Source of the DNA: Trichosphaerium sp. ATCC 40318
Lineage: Eukaryota > Protista > Tubulinea
DNA length: 64,000 nt
Assembly (NCBI GenBank): GCA_038496445.1
Contig: JALMLS010000353.1
Coordinates: 377,144 to 441,143 of the forward strand
Direction of reading: 5' to 3'
The position numbers and the translations under genes were made by a program. Under the pieces are notes generated by a model, which was not told where the DNA came from, did no database searches, and was given only the letters and a program-made list of their open reading frames with translations. The stretch's first letter is position 1. Every line of letters starts with the position of its first letter. Positions 1-11,778 of the stretch are shown here, in pieces.

Positions 1-2264
1 CGCTACGGATATTTCAACGGCATTGAGCTTGGACAGGGAGTACGTGCAAAAAAAAAAAGTTATTTAACAAATGGAACCTCACGTACTTGCGGTACTAACT
101 AGTACGTAGTTGTGGCAGAGAATTGAAAGAACTCGTTTGTAAACGAGTTTTTCGACCATGCGGCGGTTTTCCGCCAATAACCGCGTGTTATTCACAATGC
201 CAACGCGCACTAACTGCTTGCGAACGATTATTCGAGATCGTCCCCGAAAAAAAACTAAATTGCAACGAAACAGAGGAGTTCTTTGGTACAACGCATTAAA
301 CAACGTAACAGTGGCGGTTCTTGTACTAACGGTTGTACCAGGTCTTACTTTTGATGCGTATACACCAGCACCTTGCAACGAACGACGGGTAGCCATTGTA
401 GAAGAAGACTGTATGTTTCCGTTCAAATACAACAAAGAAGCGAAATCGGATGAGCCTCCGTGCGCCATATCATGTCCTTTCCCCGATAAATCACTTTGTA
501 GAGTACCACACTTGGTATGGCGCACTAACACATCGTTTGAAAAGAACTAACAAATCCACTAGATTTTCTATATTTTGAACCCGATTTCTTTGGTCGTTGG
601 CGTCTTTACACTTGCTACATTTCTTTCAAGTAAGAAAAGAAGGAGATTTCCTGTCAATTTACATATTATTCTCATGGTGTACGTACACGTGAAACAAGAA
701 CAATCATAGTTTTTTTGTTGCAAACAAAAAAAAAGAGAAAACTAAACTTTTTTTCAATAGATTTCTAAGTCTTGTTGTGCCTTTGGGGCAGATACCTTCT
801 TTTTTGGTATCACGTGAAACTATGTTATGTGAGAATGATTATACATACAGAACAAAATATAAGGCCCAGAATATACCGTGCCTCATTCAAGGTAACCGTT
901 TTTTTCAAAGAAAAAAAAACGAAGTCAAAACAATTGAAGTTCTTACTGCTTGTGAATAGGTATAATAGTTTATATTGGAGGTTTAAGTGCAACGTTTTAT
1001 TGGGCATCATTGGGACTTATTACTGCAATGTCATTGTACAGCTTAGAGACAAATTGGAGCAAAACTGTGAGGTACTCATTATTGTCTAAAACCAAAGAAC
1101 ATCACGTCTAACAACTCACTTTTCTAACTAGATATCTCTTCTATTTTTTTCCTGGAAGTGTAGTTGCTGCTATTATCATAGCAAACTTGGCGTTTACAAA
1201 GTTCAGATCACAGCCTTCTTGTTTGTCTGTGTGCTTTATATCGTTCTTACCAGAAGATGCAACACTAGTTGCAATAGGTGTAATTCCAGCTATTTTATCC
1301 GTTGTAATCAACGTTGTTTGTGTTTCATACATTACATACAAGATATTTGAAGCATATTTGGTACAGTAACGGCTCATATACAATCTATTAACTCCAACAC
1401 AGCGGGTAAGTAAAATGTCAAAGCTGAGTAAAAAGAAAAAAGCAAAAAAGTACAATTATCCTTCCTTCACCTTGCACTATACTTAACTTTTTATTAGGCT
1501 GCTATTAGCTCAAGCTGGTATGTGGGTTTACTTAGTAGGAGCAGGGTGGACTGCTATGTGCGTTGTAGTAGGGTGGTGTAGGTACGAATGCAGCCAAAAT
1601 CAAAATCTGTTTAACGGGCTGTAGTGTACCTATTAAAGGTCAAACACGTGTACTAAGAGAAGTCAGTTTCTGGATAGACTGCGTTACAAGCGGTTCAGGA
1701 AATTGCGGTATGTGTTACTTTAAAGTCGATGAATACAAATCTACACGTGGATAGTGCTAAGGCTTACCCTATTTTTGCTTAAGGCGCTTTTCCAACAACT
1801 GTTTCTGAAGCAGTGACGAATACAGTCATATTTTCCATGTCAACTACAGGTATAGTATCATTCCTAACGGCAATGGGTACGTCATTTTAAAATAAAAACC
1901 CAAAAGACACATTGTTATAGACATCTAATTGGGATTGTTTAGCGATGCCTGATTTTTTTCCTCTTATTGTGAGGAACTACTATTACTGTACTTGTCGTTA
2001 TGATCTATGGCTTGTAAAGTATAAAAAAGGCCAGACAGGGTCTCAAAAGACAAGTAAAACGAATGCTTCAAGCTATAGATCAGATGAGTCAAATAGTGTT
2101 GCTACAATGGGGAACACAGAAAAGGACAACAAGGAACAGTTACAAATTTAGAGCTTGAAGTAGATCACTCTTTCGGCTCAGATAATATAAGCTCTGAGAG
2201 TGATGATAATATAGATTTTATAGACGATGATGATGAAGATCAGGAATCCACTGTTGTGGTGTAA
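1..2264 (+). CDS. Frizzled/Smoothened-like GPCR with cysteine-rich domain (5' end outside window, multi-exon)
   Basis: Spliced translation gives DCGRELKELVCKRVFRPCGG..ACYSQCQRALTAC (Frizzled CRD cysteine spacing), then CAISCPFP, then TM1 ..FTLATFLSSKKRRRFP and further hydrophobic helices. The C-tail stops at TAG 2151, or continues to an acidic tail ending TAA 2264 if one base is missing near 2130. Confidence 0.8.
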
Positions 2265-2663
2265 AGAGAGAAAAAAAATAATGCTTTGGTTGAAAAGCAA
2301 TTTGTAAACTATAGTTTCTTCAATAAAGATAAACTAAAATGAAATAACGTACACCTAGAAATTGGATGACTTCTCTGATTTTTTTGACACATCACAGCCT
2401 GAATTGGTGATAAAAAAGACCAGAGAAGCAAACGCAACGCCACATGCGTTGTAGCTATTGATATAAATATCGTCGTTAACATTGTGTGCTCTGAATGTTG
2501 TTACAATGTGCGCTCCGTGAGTTATGGCAGTGGCTTCGTTTTCAAAGATATCATCCACGTGCTTGCTTTCGGTTTGACTCAGTACTTCTGATTGTTCTGA
2601 AATTATTGGATTTCGGTTTTGAAAATTAAGTTGACATTTTTTGTCATAGAAAGCGCGCTCTGA

Positions 2664-3939
2664 ATGACTGAGCCACAAATCAAACGCCAATATGGCAGCG
2701 ATACGCTATTACAGACTCTACCATCCGAAATATGGCAGCACATCCGTTCTCAATGCCATTGGACTGCTATCGGCTCTATTCACGCTGTATCGTCTACTTG
2801 GCACAAAGAAGCAGCGAAACCAACGTTTGAACAAAAACTATACCGCAACATCATAGAATCAACTCTTAACGAATACACGTTCTTCAAAACAATGAAAATT
2901 AACGTTTCAGAGTGGTTAGATCGTTTTGACAACACCGTACGCTTATTAATCGTTTATTTCGTACTACGAGCGTTGAACTAAGCTCCAACAGGTTACATAC
3001 AAGTGTATCTTCAAGGATCAGTTACTAGAAATAGTATCCGAGTTGGAAAAGCTGAAAAAAATCGTATCCAAGACGGTGCCTTGGAAAGAAAACTATGAGG
3101 GTGCTTTATCAATTGTCGGAAGTTTCTCTGAGAAAAAATTCGCTGACAAGGTACCTGGTAGCTACTCGTTCATCGGTGGTACTCCTACTGTTCCTTCTGA
3201 TGCTGATATATCTGGTTGGAACATCGGTGATGGTAAAACACTCGTTGCACAGCTTGATATGCTTGATTTTTCTCACGTGTTGAGCACTCAAGATCTATTC
3301 CCTAAAAAAGGTATTTTATACTTTTTTCACACTGAGTGGAGTACTCCTTCTGTGTTCCATATTGTACGGCTTTTGTTTCTTCTTGTTGTTTTATATGATT
3401 ATACGTAGTTGAACTACGTAGTAGAGCCATTAATGACTCGGCTTAAGTCGAACTGTATCGAGTCATTAACTGCTTGCACTTATTACACGTGATTTTGTAC
3501 TAATTGTATTTAGGATACGGAGGATTGTGATACATTGAAATGGGCAACAGGATATTCACCTGGGGAAGGACGAATGCTCAAGAGTGTTATATCTTCAGCT
3601 ATTAAAGATACACTTTTTGTCGATAGTTCTAAGCTTGAATCATTGATTAAAGAAGACCTCCCGAAAGACAAGAAATGGGACAGTAGAGAAGCACTTGAAG
3701 AGTTTGAAAAAGATAGAGCAAAGTACACATTTCGTGATGGTTATTTCCCAGGTTGTCATCGGGTTGGAGGATACAAGAGTTTTTGTAGTCAAGGTAATTC
3801 TGTGTTAAGTGAAGGCGAGAGATTGTACATTCAAACATCTCATGATGGTGATTTATGGCACTCTTTTATCTTCAGTACTGATATTTCTAATGTTGGTGAC
3901 TACTCAAAAGTAAATCTGATGATGTCTGACGACGTATAA
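2664..3939 (+). CDS. F-box-like plus DUF1963/YwqG-like domain protein (exons 2664-2936, 2992-3363, 3514-3939)
   Basis: N-terminal LLQTLPSEIWQHI is F-box-like. SFIGGTP, LVAQLD, FPKKGILYFF and HRVGGY..SQ are typical DUF1963 motifs. Both GT-AG introns keep the frame. Confidence 0.75.
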
Positions 3940-3989
3940 TAGAGAACAAAACAAAACAATAAAATTTAACTCAGCATTTAAGCATTCAT

Positions 3990-5214
3990 TTACAGCTGTA
4001 CATTGGCCAAGACTTGCCCTCCCTTCCCGGTTCGTGACGAAATCTTGTGTTCACATCGACCTTTAAACTTCCATCTGTCATACTCTCTTGTTGTTTACCA
4101 TTGGTGAAATGGCACTTAGCCAACTGTCCATAAACCATTTCTCGTAGTATAACAACTTTCAGTTTCACAGTTGCTCTTCTCTGAAAACCGAATCGGAATA
4201 GAGTCGACTATTTCCAACTTTTCACGTTTTGCCGATAGATTCGGTATTCTATTCGTTTGGAACATCGCTAGTTACCCTTCATCTTCAGGAGCAGAGGTAA
4301 ACGAAATATCAAAGTAATGTTTGTAAAATAAAACAATGATACGAGTTAGTTCCTGAGCCGAAATATGTACGGTGCATCCCGCATAGAACGAAAGAAACCT
4401 AATACAAAAGTTTGTTGTATAAGCTTCGTTCTACTTTGGAAAAGTTCAGAGCTCTTATCGGGTAAATTATTCCGAATAGTTGCTGTAAGCTTACACTTTT
4501 TGACTCAATGACCCGCTAGTAAGCAAACCCGATACATATAAAAGTACAGTACGGATATCATACGCTGTAATACTGAAGTATCTGTGTTGGTGCCAGCAGT
4601 ATTTGTACACAACTGTTCAGTAAACAGCAAAAAGTCAACGGGTTTTTTTTGATCTTCAAAACACCAAGTATCTTCATGCGTTTACACCTTATCATCACCT
4701 TCACTTTTGTCCTTATCGTAATGCGAATACAAAAGCCTGCGACATCTTCTTACTTCAATCTAGGTAGCTTCACAGCCACCTCCTTGCTGTCAACTTCTCC
4801 CTTCTGGTAGATGCAGGGACATATCTTGTGCTCGTAGAGGCGTCGCGTTTGGACAACCAACAAGTTGTATACCCGTTGTAAGAGCAGTCCCAGGAGGTAC
4901 GTGTACAATCTAAACCAAGAAAAGCTCTTTTACTTCTCGTAGTACTTATCTGTGATGGTTTTTAGGGCAAACACGTGATTGTATTTGTGTTCCGAGAGAC
5001 CCAGTTTTAAGAGAGCGAACATGCGCCACGCTTGCCCCTCCAACCTGCCAAGATCTTGCTTGTACCAACCGATTGAGAGCTATTGGATTCCCTAATCCTC
5101 CTGGTTGTACATCAGTTCTTACAATACCACTCGGCACTCAAAGACAGTGTGTATGCTCTGTCTGTTATTAAACAAGAAGTAATAAATAGCATATTACCTT
5201 AGCGACTTAAACAT
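3990..5214 (-). pseudogene. Decayed spliced ORF of unknown family, possibly a mobile-element remnant
   Basis: ATG 5214, a GT-AG intron, then a protein-like frame (MFKSLRQSIHTVFECRVVL*ELMYNQED*GIQ*LSIGWYKQDLGRLEGQAWRMFALLKLG...) broken by TAA/TAG. No domain recognised. Confidence 0.3.
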
Positions 5215-5302
5215 TTTCTGTCTTCTATGTTGTCATGCTTTTTTATTCTTCAAATAAATGATTTTTCTATTGCCTCATAAAATTCTTGAACTTTTTTTTT
5301 AA

Positions 5303-6026
5303 GGGGGAAGAAGATGCATTAAGATGCATCACTTAACAGCATGTATAGAGTTGTTATATGTGGTGTGTGATACTAAAGGGGAATTTTATGTATTAAGACG
5401 TCTCACTTAATAGTGTACACTGTTTGTATTAGGCTACAAAGGGGGAAGATTGTATGCTAAGTTCCGTCACTTAACAGTGCACACAGACGCTATTGTGCAA
5501 TAAAGGGGGAAAATGATGCATTAAGGTACACCACTTAACAGTGTATAGACTTGCTATACGTGGTGTGATACTAGTTTCACAAACACGTCTCTTTACTGGG
5601 GCAAATAAGTGTTAAGACAGACCACTTAACAAGTTTTTTGTTAGTACCTACCATTGGCAGCGTACTAGAGCGCTATTGGAGTTAAAGCTTGTGAAATTAA
5701 AAAAAATTCACAACCTACACGTCATCATTACACAACACTTTTTTTTTCAATAAATCATCTCTTATAGGGGCGCTTTTGTGTTTAAGATGACTCACTTAAC
5801 CTCATTGAACAATACCACCACTGGCAGCGTACTAGAGCGCTTTAAGTGGCTCAGCGAAGCCCATGCGAGCTGCAAATATCCTGAGTTTTCTGGGAAATCT
5901 TTGAGCTGGTATCAAAGATTTCCACCTTGTGACTACACATAGCTGGTTCTTTAATACACGTTACAGTTTTATTTATAGTACATTTTTTTATTAAGTTTTA
6001 CTAATGGGGGTGGTAGGTGTATTAAG
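5303..6026 (+). repeat. Array of six full and one partial GGGG-N11-TTAAG-N6-CACTTAA sites
   Basis: TTAAG arms start at 5319, 5393, 5457 (CTAAG), 5521, 5612 and 5782, each followed 8 nt later by CTTAA. A G4-5 run lies 11 nt upstream (10 nt in copy 5). Partial copy at 6006-6026. A ~22-bp direct repeat TGGCAGCGTACTAGAGCGCT also occurs near 5656 and 5822. Confidence 0.85.
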
Positions 6027-6315
6027 TAAGGGGGCACGCTGAGAAAGGAATGACCTTAGCTCCACGGGCATCTTCAGGCGCGTAAAACGCTCGAACTGTG
6101 TAGATTGATTACTTGAGTTCTGTCTTGTGTAGAGCAAATTCGTTATTTTTTTTTGCTTTCAAATTGAGACTTTTTATCCCATAGCATGTACTAAGATGCT
6201 ATGGGTAATGTAGTTTTGAACAAATATCAGTCGCAACTTTTGCAACTCACAATATTAATCATGTCAACACGAAAATTTTTTGAACAATTTCTGCACATCT
6301 CAGCGTGCCCCCTTA
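6027..6315. mobile_element. MITE (non-autonomous DNA transposon), ~290 bp
   Basis: Perfect 18-bp inverted repeat TAAGGGGGCACGCTGAGA (6027-6044) / TCTCAGCGTGCCCCCTTA (6298-6315), with TA or (T)TAA-like target flanks. Non-coding interior with a 10-bp hairpin at 6178-6205. Confidence 0.75.
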
Positions 6316-6451
6316 AGGCATAAACACTGTGCGTTGGTAATGTATACAAAAAGTTTTATCAAACATTCACTATCTTATACTCTATTAATCCCAAACACTA
6401 TTTCTATGCGTGAATACTTCTCCTATCTTTTTGGGTCTTGTCAGTTGCTTA

Positions 6452-7937
6452 CTAACATGCTTGCTGCCTTATGAAAAGTCTGTTCAATTTTTTCACACGC
6501 CATAATTTCTGACCATTCCAACCAACCATCTCTACAAATTGCGCAGAATCCCCTATTGAAACTACGCTTATACCATGGCATGAACGAACATCAACTTGGA
6601 CTTTATGAGAGTATCTACTATGGTCAACATTTCCATGCTGAACATAATGAGACCACTTCGTTTTTCCATTGTTTTCAACCATAGATAATTCAACACCACT
6701 ATCGAAATACGGTGAATAGGCATAGGTAAGTATTGTTCCATCTCCAAACAATAGAAATCTAGCAGGAGACTCTACTGAAACGTCTGATTTCCATTGAAGG
6801 CTTAACTTGTTTGCTTCGAGTTTGTAACAGTGCACTTGACAATCTGAACTGATAAACACTTTATCATTTAGGCACTCGAAACTTTTACTAGCAAAAGGAA
6901 GTAGTGCTACTAGCTTACTTGATTTAATATCAAAGATAGTTGTACTGCTCTCAGCCTTTACATTATGTCCATTTATCTGTTTATAAGGTCCTAGTTTGGC
7001 AATAGATAGCAGATTCTCACTAGCAGAAATACTTAATGCACTTGCTTTGGCTACAATTGAAATGATGTTTTTCTTCCATATTGTCTTTCCTTCTATTGAA
7101 TGTTAGTCACTTTCATGTACAGTGGTTCCTTTGTCATACCTTTAGATATATTCAAGCAAAATAACATCCTCTTTTTTGGTATATATGCTGTATCACCATC
7201 AAGGCAAAAGAGAAGATCTCCAGAAAAAGCTATAAGAGGGTTCCTAATACCAATTTTTTTTTTCCATTTTGTATTTCCAGTTTCAATGTCAACACCCAAT
7301 ATATGTTTCTTTGTTGTCAATATAACAATGTCATGGGTAATTAAGTGATTTTGATAGGCTTTCACCATCTTCGGGGTTGCCCACAAGTTGCGACCGCTTT
7401 CTGTTTTGAGCATCAAATACCATATGTCAACATTAGCACGACGTAGTCCAACATGTACTTCACGTGGTTTACGTTGCCAATACGAGAGTTCAGCTTCTCT
7501 AGAAATATTCAATATCTGTCCATTAGTAACATCTAACTTATCCTCGTTCTCTATAAACACAAGAGGCGCCTGTAGAGTAAAGAGATGATTAACATTCAAC
7601 AAACAACTTTTTTTTTCAACTTTCGAGAACGTAAAACCAGGTTTTTCGTCGGTTGACGCACGTGTTGTTTATGCTCAATATAAGAAGCAAAATAAAAAAC
7701 ATCTTGCCACGAAGAGGACGTTAATATGTCGACTGGCCAACGACATTTGGGACCCCAATGAAGTATCGGCCATTTTTGTCGTAAAAGAAACGAAGCCGAC
7801 TTGTAGTTTCGCAAAATACTTGAAATTGTTGTGTTTGTGCTTGATAAGTACAGTATCGATTGAAAACTGTCGCAAGCGCTACAAACCATGTAAAGAGTAT
7901 CAATTGAACATAAGACTTTGTCTGAGAGCTTTGACAT
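6452..7937 (-). CDS. F-box-like N-terminus plus PQQ-type beta-propeller protein (multi-exon)
   Basis: Repeated propeller-blade motifs GVDIETGNTKW, ESGRNLW, NNGKTKW, NGQKLW. The N-terminal helical segment is weakly F-box-like. 3' end approximate. Confidence 0.55.
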
Positions 7938-9597
7938 TGCCTGTAGGTGAAGAAGCTGGCTGTAGTTCCTAAAGCAGTCAAAACTATTCTTCATTCAACA
8001 ACAACTTACTCAGCTGTTGGGTCAATAACGCAACAGTAACACATGGTTTGGTAGAGTCACCTTGTGGGACTACAACACGTTGATATACTGACGGATATTC
8101 AGTACAAGGTGCATATGTAACGGTGTTTATTAGTCTTTCACCAGTAGAGAACTTTGTCAATACAAGATCTTCGTAACAAGTTCAACAACTTCGTCATAGG
8201 ATTGGGTATCGACTAGTCAAGATTTATGTTCGTAAGTGCGATTAAGTAAAAGCTCTCAACTGATAAAGCGTAAGTATTGAATGTGTACATTACAAGACAA
8301 TTTTGAACATTGCCGGCAGAAGAAAAGTAGCTGAGAACTACAATACAAGCTACTAACACATAATGAATTAACACTGTCATCGGCAAACAAAGAGAAGCTG
8401 TCTTCAAGCGAGAATGCGTAGATACAGACCAAGATTAGTGGAACCACTCTGGTAAACCTCTGAACACGCAACCGCGAATAAAATACTTACGAATAGTTCA
8501 CTCGTGGTGAAGTATAGTTGTTTGCCAACAAAGTTGGTCACGTGTTTCCAAAGCAACAAAAGAATAAGATAAAAGCTCAACTAAATTGTAATCGATAAAC
8601 GTCAAAGACAGTCACTCAATCGTTGGTTTTATTTACCTCAGACAACTTATTAGTAAACGCTTGACTTTGGTGTTGAGTATTTTCTTTCTTGCTAGCTATT
8701 TTAAGGCTTATTGACTATGTGCAAAGAATACATGACGCAACTAAAAAAGAAGTTCCTTGTGATGTTGATGTCATATTCCATTCCAGCTTCTCCGTTTTTA
8801 CCCAAGTTCGCTTTCTCATTCAGGTACTTCCTCTGTGATTCTGTGGACTGATGACCGGCGCTTGGCAGCTAAAAGGCGCTACTATTACAACAAATCACGT
8901 TTCATCTCCTTTATCTGCAGGTCATTGCTTTAAAAAAAGACAAGCAATGTAGTTACATATGTTGTAATATCAAAAAAACTGACATTGATGAAGTACCGAT
9001 AAGAAACCCATAATAAAATGAAACAAATATGTGATTCTAAAGATCGAAGAACTGAAGGGAAAAAGTACTCCATGGCGTACTCAACCTTACGTATGCAGCC
9101 CTGAGGCGATCATAGGGTTATGTCGGTGTCGTACTGGTACCTGTACATGTTCGGCCTACTTCGTTATTGTGAAGGGTGTCGTGACAATAAAAGAGTTTGC
9201 CAACAAAATTATTGTGACCTTTGCGCAGAAAAAAACGTTTCGTGACTTCGCAACAAAAATAACACGCGCACATGATTACTATAAGGGATGAAAAATAAGC
9301 GTACTTTATGTACAAATGAAGGATACAGATTTAGGCACGGCACAAAACAAGGACAAATATTTGTAAAAGTTTTTTTTTAAGTTTTCGGTTTTTTATTTTG
9401 GCTTTCTTTACAAATGTACATTTTAATTTTTGTTATTACAAAAGGAGGGATAATAGGGATACTGAAATAAGCGCTACTTGGCTGATGCCAAGGAAAATTT
9501 TTTGTTTAAACATCGTCAAAGAGAAGAAGTCTTTTTTTTTTTGCTGTTTCGACTTTTTTTCTTGTGGCTGCGGTTCGCACTTTTAAAACGTTCTTCT

Positions 9598-11266
9598 TTA
9601 ATATCCTCCTACCTGGGGATGTGTATACGAGTATCTATCAGCTGCTCGTGCACATATCTTGCTGAAAGTAGCTTTACAACCCTCAGAATCAAGAGCACAA
9701 CCGTCGAAGATATTCAACTCATCACCCTCAAATCCCTTTCTAAACTGCTCGGTAATATATTCTACAGCTTTATTTGCGTCTGCACCGCCTATTAAGTGTG
9801 TGAGTTAAAAAGATCAAAACACCAATTGTTTAAAAAATCTCATACCATCGTATTCCGGGAATAGGTTCTTTAGAGGAGATCGCGAGAGTTTAGCTTCGAA
9901 TTTATCACGCTTGTTTAAGAAAAGAGTGAATTGTTTATTTTTCAGCTCTGGTATTTTCGAAAGTTCCCAAAATGTTTCCATAGAGTCTTGCATAGCGTTG
10001 GCTGTAAAATCAATGACATTCATTTCATCGTCTACAAAATAAAAAAAGTCAATAAGAGTCGTCTCGTATTTCGAAAAATTATTTAAAATGGCGTACAAAC
10101 ATCCAGTGCTGCTACGAATACAACAGCCGTTGATTGTCTCATAAATGTGGCCCACCTAATCTTTTGTGAGTAAAGGTCTACAAAAAACTTGGGCGAAAAA
10201 CTGACTTACTTTCTCCTTTGATTCTGTTCTCCGCCAGTATCAATAAAGTTAAATTGTACAGGCATGGAAGAGTAATCAGCCTCAAATAGATATTCTGAGA
10301 TGCCCGTGGTTTTAATTTGAGCGTGCACAATGTCAGCGTCCGTAGGTTCAAAATCTGGCTGCATGATACGTTCTACGTGTTGCAAGACGCTTTAAAGTAA
10401 AAATGAGTACAAACGCCATTATTATAAAAAAAATAAAATAAAACATCACAACTCTCCGCGTACTATTCTGTTGTAGACGCAAACTGCCCTGAACCATGCG
10501 CTTGAGTCCATATTTTTTGTATAGCGTCTTTCTTCCACATGCGCACAATCTCGCGGGACACGTTCGCAGACAGCTGGTACTTTTGTAGTACAACATCAAC
10601 TCCGTGCTGAAAAAAAAAACATAAGAAACTACAAAAAGTTGGAGCAAAAGTGCACTATTTTTTTTCTTTACAGCGCCACTTCACCCATTAATTTAGGGCA
10701 AAATACACGCTATTAAAGTATGTAATAGTGATTAATGGCACATTGTGCACTACTTACTGTCTCTTCGAGGTGGTATGCTTTAAGGAACAATTGAATGGCA
10801 TCCAGCAAGTTCTGCTTGAGTATCATGCCGAATTTATTCCTTTCAACCTTCGTGTAAGGTCTATGAATTACGCGCATCTGTTTAGCCACCGTAGACTTAC
10901 CAGAGCTACCAACACCTACGCACATAAATAAGAGAAGTAAAACATTAAAAAAAATTGCTGAATGCCAACACGGCACGTGGTTCAAGAAATTTCGTGATAG
11001 TCTCACATGAAAATGATCGCGTGGATCTATCAATGAACTAGGAGTATTAACGTACCCAGTAGTAATACGTTGAGTAAGGGTAATTCTCTTTGGTGCTTCG
11101 TCCGCACAGTCTTTCGCTTTTGTTTTTTATCGCGCTTCTTCTTAGGTTCTTTCATCTGTTTCTTAGCACTCGCATCGACGACATTTAGTTTTGATTTTTT
11201 GCTTTTCTTTCGACGAAGTCGCATAATCCTTCGTTTAGGCTTCTTTTCCTTCTTTGTATCACTCAT
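9598..11266 (-). CDS. Heterotrimeric G-protein alpha subunit, atypical (multi-exon)
   Basis: LLLG|VGSSGKSTVAKQMRVIH (G1), DIVHAQIKTTGI (G2), FIDTGGEQNQRRKW (G3), LFLNKRD (G4), GCALD (G5). Basic N-terminal extension. C-terminal frame ambiguous near 9660. Confidence 0.9.
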
Positions 11267-11778
11267 TATAACGTCACTGAAATTCTAAACAATAGAATCC
11301 GCCAATTGCTTTAAAACGACTACGCGCTGAGCTTATTATTTGTCCAAGAGCCCTCTTAGTCGGTTGTCTTGGTTAGTGTTTGTTCTAAACCAAGCCTCGT
11401 TGTCAACACGGAGTGCCAGTTTTTTGTATGGTAAATTTGTGAATTTTCAAAAAAAGGTACGCGAAGTTTTTAGCGCTAGCCCTTCTTGGTAAATGGTCCA
11501 AAAGTCGTTAAAACAAGAAAATACCAGGTCTACAAGATATCGATGACGTGACAAGTTTCTCCCGTTGGTTTTAGTTTTTTAGTCAAATATCAAATACCGT
11601 GATTCACTCGCTTGTTCTGATAATCCCACATTGCTCTACATGCAGTAGTGAGTTGAGACAATTTTTTTTAGTGCGTTCCATTACCTTTTTGCGCCATACT
11701 GACGACAACATCTCGGATTTTAGGCCAAGTGAGATTTTTTTCGGTTTTTTTTTTTTTGCTTTTCAGCAAAATGTCTTT

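Noticed and set aside
2120-2151. Programmed frameshifting in the GPCR tail (similar cases near 9660 and 34885)
   Set aside because: No slippery heptamer or stimulatory structure. Single-base assembly errors or mutations are simpler.
5303-5800. CRISPR array or integron cassette array
   Set aside because: The repeats are gapped motifs rather than contiguous direct repeats, spacers are partly related, and there are no cassette ORFs or recognisable integrase.
8000-9350. Gene(s) between the propeller gene and G-alpha
   Set aside because: Only Cys-rich fragments with stops and frame changes. No consistent model.
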